The position numbers were made by a program, and so were the translations under genes. 64,000 nt of DNA from an uncultured delta proteobacterium (GTDB lineage: Bacteria > Myxococcota > Myxococcia > Myxococcales > Anaeromyxobacteraceae), in NCBI GenBank assembly GCA_963814585.1, contig CAWFDF010000010.1, forward strand, positions 96,001 to 160,000, in the 5' to 3' direction. Below, in pieces: positions 47,405 to 59,507 of this stretch (the stretch's first letter is position 1; the number at the start of each line of letters is the position of its first letter). The notes beneath the pieces were generated by a model, which saw only the letters and a list, made by a program, of their open reading frames with translations, searched no databases and had not been told where the DNA came from.

Positions 47405-49195
47405 ATGGCGGCCGGAACCACCACCTTGAACGGCATCGGCGCCTCGCCCGGCATCGCCATCGGGCGCTGCTGGCCGGTCGACCGGCGCAAGGTGCGGACG
47501 CCCAAGCGGCGGCTCGGCCCGGACGAGATCGAGCCGGAGCTGGCCCGCTTCCAGGTGGCGCTGGAGACCTCGGACCGGCAGCTCGACGAGGTCCGCCGGA
47601 AGGTCACGGTGACGGAGGGCAGCGGCGCCAGCGAGCACATCGCCATCATCGACATCCACCGGCTCATGCTCAAGGACGAGATGCTGGTCCTCGAGGTGCA
47701 GAAGCTGATCCGCGAGGAGCGGCTCAACGCCGAGTGGTCGATCAAGCGGGCGGTCCGCAAGATCAAGGGCGCCTTCTCCGCCGACGCCGACGAGTATTTC
47801 AAGGAGCGCCGCGCCGACGTCGACTACGTGGGCGAGCGGATCATCAAGAACCTGCTCGGCCAGCAGGTGGATGTCGAGGAGCTGCCGCCGGAGGGGGCCA
47901 TCATCGTGGCCCACGACCTGACCCCGGCCGACACCGCGCTCCTGCTCCACGAGCGGAAGGTCGGGGCCTTCGTCACCGACGCCGGCGCCAAGACCAGCCA
48001 CACCGCCATCGTGGCCCGCGCGCTCGAGGTGCCGGCGGTGGTGGCGGTGGGGCGCATCACCGCCCTGGCCGACAAGGGCGACTGGATCATCGTCGACGGC
48101 ACCCGCGGCGTGGTGATCATCCACCCGACGCCGGGCGAGCGCGCCGACTACGAGGCGGCGCGCGAGCGCTTCCACGTCCACGAGCGCGAGCTGCTCCGCA
48201 CCCGCGAGCTGCCGGCCACCACGCAGGACGGGGTCACCGTCAAGCTGGCCGGCAACATCGAGTTCGCCGAGGAGGTCCCCAGCCTGCTCAACCACGGCGG
48301 CGAGGCGGTGGGCCTCTACCGGACCGAGTTCCTCTACCTGCAGCGGGACCGGCTGCCGACCGAGGAGGAGCACTACCAGGACTACCGGCGGGTGCTGGAG
48401 GCGCTGGCGCCACGCCCGGTCACCATCCGCACCTTCGACCTCGGCGGCGACAAGCTGCCGGCCGGGTTGAAGGCCCACTCCGAGAACCCGGCCATGGGGC
48501 TGCGGGCCATCCGCTACTGCCTGCGCCAGCCCGACATGTTCCGCAGCCAGCTGCGGGCGCTGCTGCGGGCCTCGGTCCACGGCCAGCTCCGCCTCATGTT
48601 CCCCATGATCTCGGGCGTGGCCGAGGTGCGGGCCGCCCGGAAGATCCTCCTGGAGGTCCGCGACGAGCTGGCCGAGGAGGGGCTGGATCGGCCCTTGCCG
48701 CCGGTGGGGATCATGATCGAGCTGCCCAGCGCCGCCCTGATGGCCGACCGGCTGGCGCGCGAAGTGGACTTCTTCAGCATCGGCACCAACGACCTCATCC
48801 AGTACACCATCGGCATCGACCGGCAGAACAAGGACGTCGCCTACCTCTACCGGCCGCTCCACCTCTCGGTGCTGCGGCTCCTCAAGCAGATCTGCGACGC
48901 CGGCCGCGAGGCCGGCATCCCGGTCTCGATGTGCGGCGAGATGGCCGGCGAGCCGCTCAACGTCCTGGTGCTGCTCGGGCTGGGCGTCACCGAGTTCTCC
49001 ATGAACGGGCCCTCCATCCCGCTGGTGAAGAGGGTGGTGCGGGCGGCGCGAGCCGAGGACGGGCGGGCCCTGGTGGCGCGGATGCTGGCGCTGACGCAGG
49101 CCGACGACATCGAGCGCGAGGTGCGCGACGAGATGAATCGGCGCTTCGGCTCGCTCATGGAGCACGATTCCCGGGTGGGGCCGGTCTCCGGCTAG
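47405..49195 (+). CDS. ptsI: PEP-protein phosphotransferase, enzyme I
   Basis: TSHTAIVAR, GLYRTEF, RTFDLGGDK, FSIGTNDL.QY, MCGEMAG. Confidence 0.97.
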   Translation: MAAGTTTLNGIGASPGIAIGRCWPVDRRKVRTPKRRLGPDEIEPELARFQVALETSDRQLDEVRRKVTVTEGSGASEHIAIIDIHRLMLKDEMLVLEVQKLIREERLNAEWSIKRAVRKIKGAFSADADEYFKERRADVDYVGERIIKNLLGQQVDVEELPPEGAIIVAHDLTPADTALLLHERKVGAFVTDAGAKTSHTAIVARALEVPAVVAVGRITALADKGDWIIVDGTRGVVIIHPTPGERADYEAARERFHVHERELLRTRELPATTQDGVTVKLAGNIEFAEEVPSLLNHGGEAVGLYRTEFLYLQRDRLPTEEEHYQDYRRVLEALAPRPVTIRTFDLGGDKLPAGLKAHSENPAMGLRAIRYCLRQPDMFRSQLRALLRASVHGQLRLMFPMISGVAEVRAARKILLEVRDELAEEGLDRPLPPVGIMIELPSAALMADRLAREVDFFSIGTNDLIQYTIGIDRQNKDVAYLYRPLHLSVLRLLKQICDAGREAGIPVSMCGEMAGEPLNVLVLLGLGVTEFSMNGPSIPLVKRVVRAARAEDGRALVARMLALTQADDIEREVRDEMNRRFGSLMEHDSRVGPVSG

Positions 49196-49244
49196 GCGGG
49201 GTGGCCCTCCGCTGGCGCGGATGCCCGGCGGGTCGTCCGCCATG

Positions 49245-49274
49245 TTGACAGGTACGCTGGCGGGCGCTTAGGTT
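49245..49274 (+). promoter_or_regulatory. Probable sigma70 promoter of metK
   Basis: TTGACA (49245-49250), 18-nt spacer, TAGGTT (49269-49274). Confidence 0.55.
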
Positions 49275-49307
49275 GCGTCCCTTTCGAGCCTTCCAGGGAG
49301 CAGCCCC

Positions 49308-50459
<1,152 letters not shown>

Positions 50460-50524
50460 CCGCGACCTGTTCGCCTGCGGCCCTGCGGTGGGCCCTCGGG
50501 CTTGATCCGCAGGGGGCATCCAGT

Positions 50525-50544
50525 GTATCCGTTCACCCGGATAT
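50525..50544. promoter_or_regulatory. Probable SahR operator
   Basis: GTATCCG-TTCACC-CGGATAT (perfect 6-bp arms, ATC-N10-GAT), ending 4 nt before the sahR ATG. Confidence 0.6.
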
Positions 50545-50548
50545 AGCG

Positions 50549-51526
50549 ATGAATGCCGCGACCGCCAGCGCCACCCGCCGCCACCTCGCCCTGCTGGGCT
50601 GGATGGACGGGCTCGCCGACCAGACCCGGCTCCGGCTGCTGCGGGTGCTGGAGCGCGAGGAGCTCTCGGTGCAGGAGCTCTGCGAGGTGCTGCGGCTGCC
50701 GCAGTCGACGGTGTCGCGCCACCTGAAGACGCTCTCGGGCCAGGGCTGGCTGGCCTCCCGGCGCCAGGGCACCGCCACCTTCTACCGCTTCGCCGACGCC
50801 GCCGATCCCGGGGCGCGCCGCCTCTGGAAGCTGGCCCGCGCCGAGACCGACGGCTGGGCGGCGGCGGAGCAGGACGAGGCGCGGCTGGAGGCCCGGCTGC
50901 GGGCGCGGCGCGAAGGGGCGGAGGAGTTCTTCGCCGGCGCGGCGCTGGAGTGGGAGGCGCTGCGCGCCGAGGCCTACGGGCTGCGCTTCGAGCGCGAGGC
51001 GCTGCTCGGGCTGCTGCCGCCGGAGCTCGCCGTGGCCGACCTCGGCTGCGGCGCCGGCACGCTCACCGCGGCGCTGGCGCCCCACGTCGGCCGGGTCATC
51101 GGCGTCGACCAGTCGGCCGCCATGCTGCGCGTGGCGCGCCGCCGCCTCTCCGGCTTCGACAACGTCGAGCTGCACCGGGCCGGCCTCGAGGCGCTGCCGC
51201 TCCCCGCCGCCAGCTGCGACGCGGCCCTGCTGGTGCTGGTGCTCACCTACGTGCCCGAGGTGGCGGCGGTGCTCTCCGAGGCGGCCCGCATCGTCAGGCC
51301 GGGCGGCCGCCTGGTGGTGGTGGACCTGGCCCGTCACGGCGACGAGACCTTCGCCCGCCGGCTCGGCCAGGTCCGCCTCGGCTTCGCCCCCGACGAGCTC
51401 GCCCGCGCCTTTGCCGCCGCCGGCCTCGCCGCGCCGTCGGTCCGCCCGCTGCCGCCCGAGCCCGGGGCCCGCGGCCCCGCCCTCCTCATCGCCACCGCCC
51501 GGCAGCCCGCCGGGCCCCACCGCTAG
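50549..51526 (+). CDS. sahR: ArsR-HTH + SAM-binding methyltransferase-domain regulator (SahR-like)
   Basis: [24 protein letters not shown], then VADLGCGAG; between metK and ahcY. Confidence 0.85.
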   Translation: MNAATASATRRHLALLGWMDGLADQTRLRLLRVLEREELSVQELCEVLRLPQSTVSRHLKTLSGQGWLASRRQGTATFYRFADAADPGARRLWKLARAETDGWAAAEQDEARLEARLRARREGAEEFFAGAALEWEALRAEAYGLRFEREALLGLLPPELAVADLGCGAGTLTAALAPHVGRVIGVDQSAAMLRVARRRLSGFDNVELHRAGLEALPLPAASCDAALLVLVLTYVPEVAAVLSEAARIVRPGGRLVVVDLARHGDETFARRLGQVRLGFAPDELARAFAAAGLAAPSVRPLPPEPGARGPALLIATARQPAGPHR

Positions 51527-51558
51527 ACCGAAGCCGCACGAACCCAGGAGAAGACCCC

Positions 51559-53010
51559 ATGGCCGCAACCAGGAAGCCCGCGAAGCTCGAGTACCAGGTC
51601 AAGGACATCACCCTCGCCGACTGGGGGCGCAAGGAGCTCGAGCTGGCGGAGAAGGAGATGCCCGGCCTGATGGCCATCCGCAAGCAGTACGGCAAGCGGA
51701 AGCCGCTCCGGGGGCAGCGGATCACCGGGTCGCTCCACATGACCATCCAGACCGGCGTGCTCATCGAGACGCTGGTGGCGCTCGGCGCCAGGGTGCGCTG
51801 GGCCTCGTGCAACATCTTCTCGACGCAGGACCACGCCGCGGCCGCCGTCGCCGTGGGCCCGAGGGGGACGGCCAAGGCGCCGGCCGGCGTGCCGGTCTTC
51901 GCCTGGAAGGGCGAGACCCTGGAGGAGTACTGGGAGTGCACCGACCGGGCCCTCGACTTCGGCAACGGCCTCGGGCCGACGCAGATCGTCGATGACGGCG
52001 GCGACGCCACCCTGCTGATCCACAAGGGCGTGGAGTTCGAGGCGGCCGGCAAGGTCCCCAGGGCCGGCCCCGGCGACTCGGAGGAGTACGCCGTCATCCT
52101 CGGCCTGCTGGGCCGCACGCTCGAGGCCACGCCCAGGCGCTGGACCAAGGTGGCCGCCGCCTGCGCCGGCGTCACCGAGGAGACCACCACCGGCGTCCAC
52201 CGGCTCTACGAGATGGAGAAGAAGGGGCAGCTGCTCTTCCCCGCCATCAACGTCAACGACTCGGTGACCAAGTCGAAGTTCGACAACCTCTACGGCTGCC
52301 GCCACTCGCTGGTGGACGGCCTCAACCGCGCCACCGACGTGATGCTGGCCGGCAAGCTCTGCGTGGTGCTGGGCTACGGCGACGTGGGCAAGGGCTGCGC
52401 CCAGGCGCTCCGCGGGCAGGGGGCCCGGGTGGTGGTGACCGAGATCGACCCCATCAACGCGCTGCAGGCGTCGATGGAGGGGTACCAGGTGGTCCGGGTG
52501 GAGGACGTGGTCGCCAAGGCCGACGTCTTCGTCACCGCCACCGGCAACCTCGACGTGCTCACCGTCGACCACATGAGGAAGATGAAGGACTGCGCCATCG
52601 TCGGGAACATCGGCCACTTCGACAACGAGATCGACATGGCCGGCCTGAAGAAGGTCACCACGCGGGTGAACATCAAGCCGCAGTACGACGCCTTCGTCTT
52701 CCCGGACGGGCACCGCGTGCTGGTGCTGGCCGAGGGGCGACTCCTCAACCTGGGCTGCGCCACCGGCCACCCCTCCTTCGTGATGTCCAACTCGTTCACC
52801 AACCAGTCGCTGGCCCAGATCGAGCTGGCGGTGAACCGGAAGGCCTACGACAAGAAGGTCTACACGCTGCCCAAGCACCTCGACGAGAAGGTGGCGGCGC
52901 TCCACCTCGGCCAGATCGGGGCGCGGCTGACCCGGCTGACGCCGAAGCAGGCCGCCTACCTCGACATCCCGGTGAACGGGCCCTTCAAGCCGGACAGCTA
53001 CCGGTACTAG
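51559..53010 (+). CDS. ahcY: Adenosylhomocysteinase
   Basis: [46 protein letters not shown]. Confidence 0.98.
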   Translation: MAATRKPAKLEYQVKDITLADWGRKELELAEKEMPGLMAIRKQYGKRKPLRGQRITGSLHMTIQTGVLIETLVALGARVRWASCNIFSTQDHAAAAVAVGPRGTAKAPAGVPVFAWKGETLEEYWECTDRALDFGNGLGPTQIVDDGGDATLLIHKGVEFEAAGKVPRAGPGDSEEYAVILGLLGRTLEATPRRWTKVAAACAGVTEETTTGVHRLYEMEKKGQLLFPAINVNDSVTKSKFDNLYGCRHSLVDGLNRATDVMLAGKLCVVLGYGDVGKGCAQALRGQGARVVVTEIDPINALQASMEGYQVVRVEDVVAKADVFVTATGNLDVLTVDHMRKMKDCAIVGNIGHFDNEIDMAGLKKVTTRVNIKPQYDAFVFPDGHRVLVLAEGRLLNLGCATGHPSFVMSNSFTNQSLAQIELAVNRKAYDKKVYTLPKHLDEKVAALHLGQIGARLTRLTPKQAAYLDIPVNGPFKPDSYRY

Positions 53011-53080
53011 GCCAGAGGCCTGGGGGGCGACACCTCGACCCCGTGGCGGCGGACCGCGGCGGAGGGTAAAGTCCCCGCTC

Positions 53081-53863
53081 GTGCTCACCTTCACCAACCT
53101 GCACAAGGCCTACGCCGCCACCGTCGCTGTCGAGGACCTCTCCCTGCGGGTGGAGCCGGGCGAGATCCTCGGCCTGCTCGGGCCGGGCGGCGCCGGCAAG
53201 TCGACCACGGTCCACCTCGCGTTCGGGTTGCTGCCCCCGGACTCCGGCACGGTCAGCGTCGACGGCCTGGGCCCGCCCACCGACTCCAGGGTGCGGCGCC
53301 ACCTCGGGCTGGCGCCCCAGGCGCTGGCCCTCTACGCCGACCTCACCGGGGAGGGGAACCTGCGCTTCCTGGGGCGGGTCAACGGCCTGACCGGGCGAGC
53401 GCTCGACGCCCGCGTCGAGTGGGCGCTCGACTTCGCGGGGGTGACGGACCGCCGGCACGATCTGGTCGGCGCCTACTCCGGCGGCACGCAGCGCCGGCTC
53501 AACCTGGCGGCGGCGCTGCTGCACCAGCCCCAGGTGCTGCTCCTCGACGAGCCCGCCGCGGAGGTCGATCCCCGGTCGCGCGACGCCATCCTCGAGCGGG
53601 TCCTCGAGCTGAAGCGGGGCGGCCTGACGGTGCTCTACGCCACCCAGTCCGTGGAGGACGCGGAGCGGCTCTGCGACCGGGTGGCCATCCTGGACCACGG
53701 CCGGGTCCTGGCGCTCGACAGCGTGCCCAGGCTGCTGCGTGCCCACGGCGCCGCGCCCACCCGGCCGAAGGCCGAGGCCCGGGCCGCGGAGACCGACGTG
53801 GCGCGGGCCGACCTGGCGCAGGTCTTCACCAGCCTCACCGGCCGGAGGATGCAGGACGCCTGA
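53081..53863 (+). CDS. ABC transporter ATP-binding protein (DrrA/CcmA-like), no adjacent permease
   Basis: GPGGAGKST, YSGG, LLLDEP. Confidence 0.85.
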   Translation: MLTFTNLHKAYAATVAVEDLSLRVEPGEILGLLGPGGAGKSTTVHLAFGLLPPDSGTVSVDGLGPPTDSRVRRHLGLAPQALALYADLTGEGNLRFLGRVNGLTGRALDARVEWALDFAGVTDRRHDLVGAYSGGTQRRLNLAAALLHQPQVLLLDEPAAEVDPRSRDAILERVLELKRGGLTVLYATQSVEDAERLCDRVAILDHGRVLALDSVPRLLRAHGAAPTRPKAEARAAETDVARADLAQVFTSLTGRRMQDA

Positions 53864-53904
53864 GCGCTCCGGCGCGCGGCGGCACGGGGCACCAGGGAGA
53901 CGCC

Positions 53905-54498
53905 ATGGCCACCCTCGAGTTCTTCTACGACTTCGTCTCTCCCTACAGCTACCTGGCCTCGACCCGCGTCGAGGCCATCGCCGCCCGCACCGGGGCCACG
54001 CTCCGCTGGCGGCCGTTCCTGCTGGGCGCGGTCCACAAGGCCACCGGCAACCGCGCGCCGCTGGAGGTGCCGGCCAAGGGGCGCCACATGTGGGTCGACC
54101 TGGACCGCTGGGCGGGGCGGCTCGGCGTCCCGCTGAGGCGCCCCGAGCCCTTCCCGTTCTCGTCCATGCTGGCGCTCCGGTCGGCCCTCGCCGCCGAGGC
54201 GGCCGGGAAGCTGGTGCCCTACACCCACGCCGTCTACCGGGCGCGCTGGGCCGACGGGCGGGACATCGCCGATCCCGCGGTGCTGGCGGCGGTGGCCTCC
54301 GAGGCCGGGCTCGACGGCGCCGCGGTGGTGGCGGCGGCGCCGGGCCACAAGGAGGCGCTGGCGAGGCAGACCCAGGAGGCCATCGATCGCGGCGCCTTCG
54401 GCGCGCCGGCCTGCTTCGTCGGCGACCAGCTCTTCGTCGGCAACGACCGGCTCGACTTCGTCGAGGAGGCGCTGCGGGCCGCGGCCCGCCCCACCTGA
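53905..54498 (+). CDS. DsbA-like / kappa-GST (2-hydroxychromene-2-carboxylate isomerase family)
   Basis: FFYDFVSPYSYLA, GAFGAP, LFVGNDRL. Confidence 0.9.
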   Translation: MATLEFFYDFVSPYSYLASTRVEAIAARTGATLRWRPFLLGAVHKATGNRAPLEVPAKGRHMWVDLDRWAGRLGVPLRRPEPFPFSSMLALRSALAAEAAGKLVPYTHAVYRARWADGRDIADPAVLAAVASEAGLDGAAVVAAAPGHKEALARQTQEAIDRGAFGAPACFVGDQLFVGNDRLDFVEEALRAAARPT

Positions 54499-54541
54499 TC
54501 GTTTGTCCCTCGACCCGCGGTCGGGGTAGGTTCCGGCCCGC

Positions 54542-55375
54542 ATGTCGCTCCTCTCAGCCATCCTGCTCGGCATCATCCAGGCGGCCACCGAGTTCCTCCC
54601 GGTCTCCTCCACCGCCCACCTGCTGATCTTCGGTGAGCTGATGGGCCAGTCGCTGGAGGAGCCGCACTTCCGCGCCTTCGTGGCCATCATCCAGTCCGGC
54701 ACGGCGCTGGCGGTGATCGTCTACTTCCGCCACGACATCTGGAAGATCCTGCGCGGCTCCATCGCCGCGCTGGCGCGGGGCACGCCGCTGGCCACGCCGG
54801 AGGCCCGGCTCGGCTGGCTCATCGTCCTCGGCACCATCCCGGCCGCGGTGCTGGGCAAGCTGCTCGAGCGCCGCATCGAGGCGCTCGGCAACTGGGTCAT
54901 CGCCGGATCGCTGGTCTTCCTCGGCGTGGTGCTGTTCGTCGCCGAGCGGCTGGCGCGCCACGTCCGGTCGGTCGAGTCGGTCGGCGTGAAGGACGCCGTG
55001 CTGGTGGGCCTGGCGCAGGCCTGGGCCCTCATCCCCGGATCGTCGCGCTCCGGCAGCACGCTCACCATGGGGATGCTGCTCGGCTTCACGCGGGAGGCGG
55101 CCGCCCGCTTCTCCTTCCTGCTCTCCGTCCCCATCATCATCGCGGCGGGCGCCTACAAGCTCTGGAAGGAGCTGCCCCGGCTGGCTGGCGCGCCCGAATG
55201 GCAGCAGGCCACCGCGGTGGCCACCCTGGTCTCCTTCGCCGCCGGCTACCTGGTCATCGGCTGGCTGCTCGGCTGGCTCCGGACCCGCCCGACCTACCTC
55301 TTCGTCGCCTGGCGCATCGCCGCCGGCCTCGCCGTCGCCATCCTCATCTCGGTGGGCGTGCTCCCGGCGTCATGA
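54542..55375 (+). CDS. uppP: Undecaprenyl-diphosphatase
   Basis: [29 protein letters not shown]. Confidence 0.95.
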   Translation: MSLLSAILLGIIQAATEFLPVSSTAHLLIFGELMGQSLEEPHFRAFVAIIQSGTALAVIVYFRHDIWKILRGSIAALARGTPLATPEARLGWLIVLGTIPAAVLGKLLERRIEALGNWVIAGSLVFLGVVLFVAERLARHVRSVESVGVKDAVLVGLAQAWALIPGSSRSGSTLTMGMLLGFTREAAARFSFLLSVPIIIAAGAYKLWKELPRLAGAPEWQQATAVATLVSFAAGYLVIGWLLGWLRTRPTYLFVAWRIAAGLAVAILISVGVLPAS

Positions 55376-55962
55376 ACCTCGCCGAGCTGGAGGCCGCCCT
55401 GGCGGCCTGGCGGCCTCGGCCCTCACCCATCGAGCGGGTCCCGGCCCGGCACTGGCCGGAGGGGGGCTTCGGCGAGGCGGCCGTGCTGGTGCCGCTCCAC
55501 GAGGAGGACGGGGTGGCCAGCGTGCTCCTGACGCTGCGGCGCACCGACCTGCGCCACCACGCCGGGCAGGTGAGCTTCCCGGGTGGCCGGCTCGATCCCG
55601 GCGAGGCGTCGCTGGACGCGGCGCTGCGCGAGGCGCGGGAGGAGGTCGGGCTGGACCCGTCGAGGGCGCGCATCCTGGGGCGGCTCTCGGAGACCGTCGT
55701 GCTCCAGTCCGCCAATCGCTTGACGCCGTGGGTGGCTTCGGTGCCATATCCCTTCCCATACGCGGCGTCGCCGCGAGAGGTGGAGGCCATCTGGCACGTC
55801 CCGATTCCGGCGCTGCTGGCGCCCGGAGTCCACCGCACGCAGGTTCACCGGTTCTACGGGATCGACGTGGACGTTCACTACTACGAGGTCGAGGGCCGGA
55901 CGATCTGGGGCGCCACGGCCCGGGTCCTCTCCGAGCTGATCGAGGTCTGGAGCGCGGGATGA
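55372..55962 (+). CDS. Nudix hydrolase, CoA pyrophosphatase-like
   Basis: [33 protein letters not shown]. Confidence 0.92.
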   Translation: MNLAELEAALAAWRPRPSPIERVPARHWPEGGFGEAAVLVPLHEEDGVASVLLTLRRTDLRHHAGQVSFPGGRLDPGEASLDAALREAREEVGLDPSRARILGRLSETVVLQSANRLTPWVASVPYPFPYAASPREVEAIWHVPIPALLAPGVHRTQVHRFYGIDVDVHYYEVEGRTIWGATARVLSELIEVWSAG

Positions 55963-57041
55963 AGATCTTTCCGGTGATCATGGCGGGCGGGTCGGGGACG
56001 CGGTTCTGGCCGATGTCTCGCCGGGCCAGGCCGAAGCAGTTCCTGCCGCTGGCGGGCGACCAGCCGCTGCTGACCGCCACCGTCCGCCGCCTGCCGCCGC
56101 TGGCGAAGCCGGCCGACACCTACGTGGTCTGCGGGCCGGCCCACGCCGCCGCCGCCAAGAAGCTGGTGAGGGAGCTGCCGGCGAGGAACTTCATCGTCGA
56201 GCCGTGCGCGAGGAACACCGCGCCGTGCGTGGGGCTGGCCGCCCTCCACGTGGCGGCACGCCAGAAGCACGGCATCGTCGCCATGCTGCCGGCCGATCAC
56301 CACATCGCCCGCCCCGAGGCCTTCCGCGAGGCCATCGCCGAGGCGGCCCGGCTGGCCGAGCAGGGGCACATCGTCACCATCGGGATCCGGCCCCACGCCC
56401 CGGAGACCGGCTACGGCTACCTGAAGGTTGGCGCCAGGCTGCCCGGCAAGGCCAAGGGACGCAGCCAGGCCCACAAGGTGGAGCGGTTCGTCGAGAAGCC
56501 CGACGTGGTGACCGCGGCCCGCTACCTCGCCGACGGCCACTACCTGTGGAACTCGGGCATCTTCGTCTTCCGCGCCGACGTCATCCTCGAGGAGATCCGG
56601 CGCGTCATGCCGGTGCTGGGTGAGCAGCTGGATGCCATCCAGCAGTCGATCGGCACCCCCGGCTACCAGCGGACCCTGGCGCGCGTCTTCCCCGACTGCC
56701 CCTCCATCTCCATCGACTACGGCGTCATGGAGAAGAGCCAGAAGATCGTGGTGGTGCCGGCCGACTTCGGCTGGAGCGACGTGGGCAGCTTCGCGGCGCT
56801 CCCCGAGGTGCGCCAGACCGACCACCTCGGCAACGTGGCCGAGGGCGACGCGCTGGTGATCGACGGCCGCAACAACGTGGTCATCGCCACCGGCGCCCGG
56901 CCGGTGGCGGTGGTGGGGCTCGACGACGTGGTGGTGGTCGACGCCGGCGACGCCATCCTGGTCTGCCGGAAGTCGCGGGCCCAGGACGTCCGCAAGGCGG
57001 TCGACGAGCTGGCGCGGCGCGGCCGCGACGAGGTGCTCTAG
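55959..57041 (+). CDS. manC: Mannose-1-phosphate guanylyltransferase
   Basis: [13 protein letters not shown]...PKQF, EP..RNTAP, PETGYGY, FVEKP, SIDY.VMEK, WSDVG. Confidence 0.94.
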   Translation: MKIFPVIMAGGSGTRFWPMSRRARPKQFLPLAGDQPLLTATVRRLPPLAKPADTYVVCGPAHAAAAKKLVRELPARNFIVEPCARNTAPCVGLAALHVAARQKHGIVAMLPADHHIARPEAFREAIAEAARLAEQGHIVTIGIRPHAPETGYGYLKVGARLPGKAKGRSQAHKVERFVEKPDVVTAARYLADGHYLWNSGIFVFRADVILEEIRRVMPVLGEQLDAIQQSIGTPGYQRTLARVFPDCPSISIDYGVMEKSQKIVVVPADFGWSDVGSFAALPEVRQTDHLGNVAEGDALVIDGRNNVVIATGARPVAVVGLDDVVVVDAGDAILVCRKSRAQDVRKAVDELARRGRDEVL

Positions 57042-58411
57042 TGTCCGGGGTGAATCCGGTCGTCTTCCGGGAGTACGACATCCGCGGCGTGGCGGGCGTC
57101 GACCTCACCGAGGAGACCGTGGGGCTGGTGGCGCGCGCGCTGGGCACCAGGGTCCGCGCCGCCGGCGGCCAGGTGGTGGTGGTGGGGCGGGACGTCCGGC
57201 TCTCCAGCCCGGCTTTCCACGGCCAGGTGGTGGCGGGGCTCACCGCCACCGGCTGCGACGTGGTCGACCTCGGCGTGGTCCCGACGCCCCTGGTCTACTT
57301 CGCGGCGCAGACCATGGCCGTGGACGGGCTCTGCATGATCACCGGCTCGCACAACCCGGCCGACTACAACGGGATGAAGATCGGGGTGGGCCCGACCACG
57401 CTCTACGGCGAGGCCATCCAGGAGATCCTGCGGATGGTGCAGCAGGGCCGGTTCGCCAGCGGGCAGGGGAGGGTGACGGCGCACGACATCGTCGCCCCTT
57501 ACCAGGACCGCGTGGTGGGGAACATCCAGCTCGGTCGCCGCCGGCTCAAGGTGGTCATCGACGCCGGCAACGGCACCGGCGGCGTCGCCGTGCCCATCTT
57601 CCAGCGGCTCGGCGTCGAGGTGGTCCCGCTCTTCATCGAGCCGGACGGCCGCTTCCCCAACCACCACCCCGACCCCACCGTGGAGAAGAACCTGGAGCCG
57701 CTGAAGCGAGCGGTGCTGGAGACGCGCGCCGACCTCGGCATCGCCTACGACGGCGACTCGGACCGGGTGGGCGCCGTCGACGAGAAGGGGCAGGTGCTGT
57801 GGGGCGACCAGCTCATGATCCTCTTCGCCCGCGCCATCCTCGCCGAGGTGCCGGGGGCGGCCATCGTCGCCGAGGTGAAGTGCTCCTTCACCCTCTACGA
57901 CGACATCGCCAGGCGCGGCGGCCGCGGCATCATGTGGAAGGCCGGCCACTCCCTCATCAAGGCCAAGATGAAGGAGGAGCACGCCGAGCTGGCCGGCGAG
58001 ATGAGCGGCCACATCTTCTTCGGGAACCGCTGGCTCGGCTTCGACGACGGCATCTACTCGTCGGCGCGCCTCGTCGAGCTGGTCAGCCGCACCGACCGGC
58101 CCCTGTCGACCCTGCTCGGTGACGTGCCGCGGACCTTCAGCACGCCGGAGCTGCGGGTCGACTGCCGGGAGGAGATCAAGTTCGAGGTGGTGCGCCGCGC
58201 CCAGGAGTTCTTCAAGCAGGGCTACCAGGCCATCACCGTCGATGGCGTGCGGGTGGTCTTCCCCGACGGCTGGGGGCTGGTGCGCGCCTCCAACACGCAG
58301 CCCATCCTGGTGCTCCGCTTCGAGGCCGTCACCGAGCCGCGGCTGGCGGAGATCCGGAGGCTGGTCGAGGATCGGGTCGGCGCCATCATCGCGGAGCTCG
58401 GCGGTCCGTGA
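57041..58411 (+). CDS. Phosphomannomutase/phosphoglucomutase
   Basis: FREYDIRG, TGSHNP, DGDSDR, GEMSGH, RASNTQP. Confidence 0.96.
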   Translation: MSGVNPVVFREYDIRGVAGVDLTEETVGLVARALGTRVRAAGGQVVVVGRDVRLSSPAFHGQVVAGLTATGCDVVDLGVVPTPLVYFAAQTMAVDGLCMITGSHNPADYNGMKIGVGPTTLYGEAIQEILRMVQQGRFASGQGRVTAHDIVAPYQDRVVGNIQLGRRRLKVVIDAGNGTGGVAVPIFQRLGVEVVPLFIEPDGRFPNHHPDPTVEKNLEPLKRAVLETRADLGIAYDGDSDRVGAVDEKGQVLWGDQLMILFARAILAEVPGAAIVAEVKCSFTLYDDIARRGGRGIMWKAGHSLIKAKMKEEHAELAGEMSGHIFFGNRWLGFDDGIYSSARLVELVSRTDRPLSTLLGDVPRTFSTPELRVDCREEIKFEVVRRAQEFFKQGYQAITVDGVRVVFPDGWGLVRASNTQPILVLRFEAVTEPRLAEIRRLVEDRVGAIIAELGGP

Positions 58412-59391
58412 CGGCCCGGCTCGCCCTCGGCGTCGACCTCGGCGGGACCAACGCCCGCGCGGCGCTGGTCGATCCGGCGAGCGGCGTGGTGGTGGCGGCC
58501 CACAAGGTGCGCCACGTCGAGCGGTCTCCGGAGGCGGTGGTGGCGACCATCGCCGCCGCGGTCCGCGAGGTGGCCAGGGCGGCCGGTGTCGAGGTGGCCG
58601 GGCTGGGGGCGGCCGGCGTCGGCGTGGCCGGCCAGTGCCTGGGCAGCACCGGCACCGTCCTCAACGCCCCCAACCTGGGCTGGCGCGACGTCTCGCTCGG
58701 CGAGCCGCTCCGCGCCGCGCTCGGGCTGGAGGTGCGGGTGGTCAACGACCTCTCGGCCGCGGCGTGGGGCGAGCTGCGCTTCGGGGCGGCGCGCGGTGTC
58801 GACGACGCGGTGCTGGTCTTCGTCGGCTCGGGCGTCGGCTCGGGCCTCATCCTCGGGGGCCGGCTCCACGAGGGTGGGCGGGGCGTGGCCGGGGAGCTCG
58901 GGCACATCAAGGTGGCGCCGCGCGGCGCGACGCCGCGGCGCTGCGGCTGCGGCGAGTGGGGTTGCCTCGAGGCCTACGCCGGCGGGATGAACCTGGCGGC
59001 GCGGCTGCGCGACGAGGTGGCCGCCGGGAAGGCCGGCGGCGTGCTGGCGGCGGCCGGCGGCGAGCCCTCCGCGCTGTCGGCCTCGGCGGTGGAGGCGGCC
59101 TACGCCGCCGGCGACCCCTACGCCCGGGAGCTCTGGGCCGAGGTCGGCGAGCTGATCGGCACCGCCTGCGCCAACGTGGTGACGCTGCTCAACCCGCTGA
59201 GGCTCGTCCTCGGCGGCGGCGTGCTGCTGGGCTGCGGCAACCTGGAGCGGATCGTGCGCGCGCACGTCGCGGATCGCGCGCTGCGAGCGGCCCGGAGCGG
59301 ACTCGAGGTGCGGCGCTCCCAGCTCGGCGACGACGCCGGCGTGGTGGGCGCGGCGCTCCTCGGCGCGGCGCGACACTCGCACCAGAGGTGA
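58408..59391 (+). CDS. ROK family sugar kinase (glucokinase-like)
   Basis: GVDLGGT, NDL.AA, GSGVGSG, GELGH, CGCG..GCLE. Confidence 0.94.
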   Translation: MTARLALGVDLGGTNARAALVDPASGVVVAAHKVRHVERSPEAVVATIAAAVREVARAAGVEVAGLGAAGVGVAGQCLGSTGTVLNAPNLGWRDVSLGEPLRAALGLEVRVVNDLSAAAWGELRFGAARGVDDAVLVFVGSGVGSGLILGGRLHEGGRGVAGELGHIKVAPRGATPRRCGCGEWGCLEAYAGGMNLAARLRDEVAAGKAGGVLAAAGGEPSALSASAVEAAYAAGDPYARELWAEVGELIGTACANVVTLLNPLRLVLGGGVLLGCGNLERIVRAHVADRALRAARSGLEVRRSQLGDDAGVVGAALLGAARHSHQR

Positions 59392-59507
59392 GATCGACCG
59401 CCCGATCCGATCACGGTCCGTGAAATCTGGCATCCGGAGGCGCTGGACCCATCCGGATCGTGCTGAGGGGAGCATGGATCGAGTGATCGATTTTCTCTTC
59501 GGCTTCC

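Noticed and set aside
49196..49307. SAM riboswitch upstream of metK
   Set aside because: Only about 30 nt lie between the predicted -10 and the ATG; no recognisable aptamer
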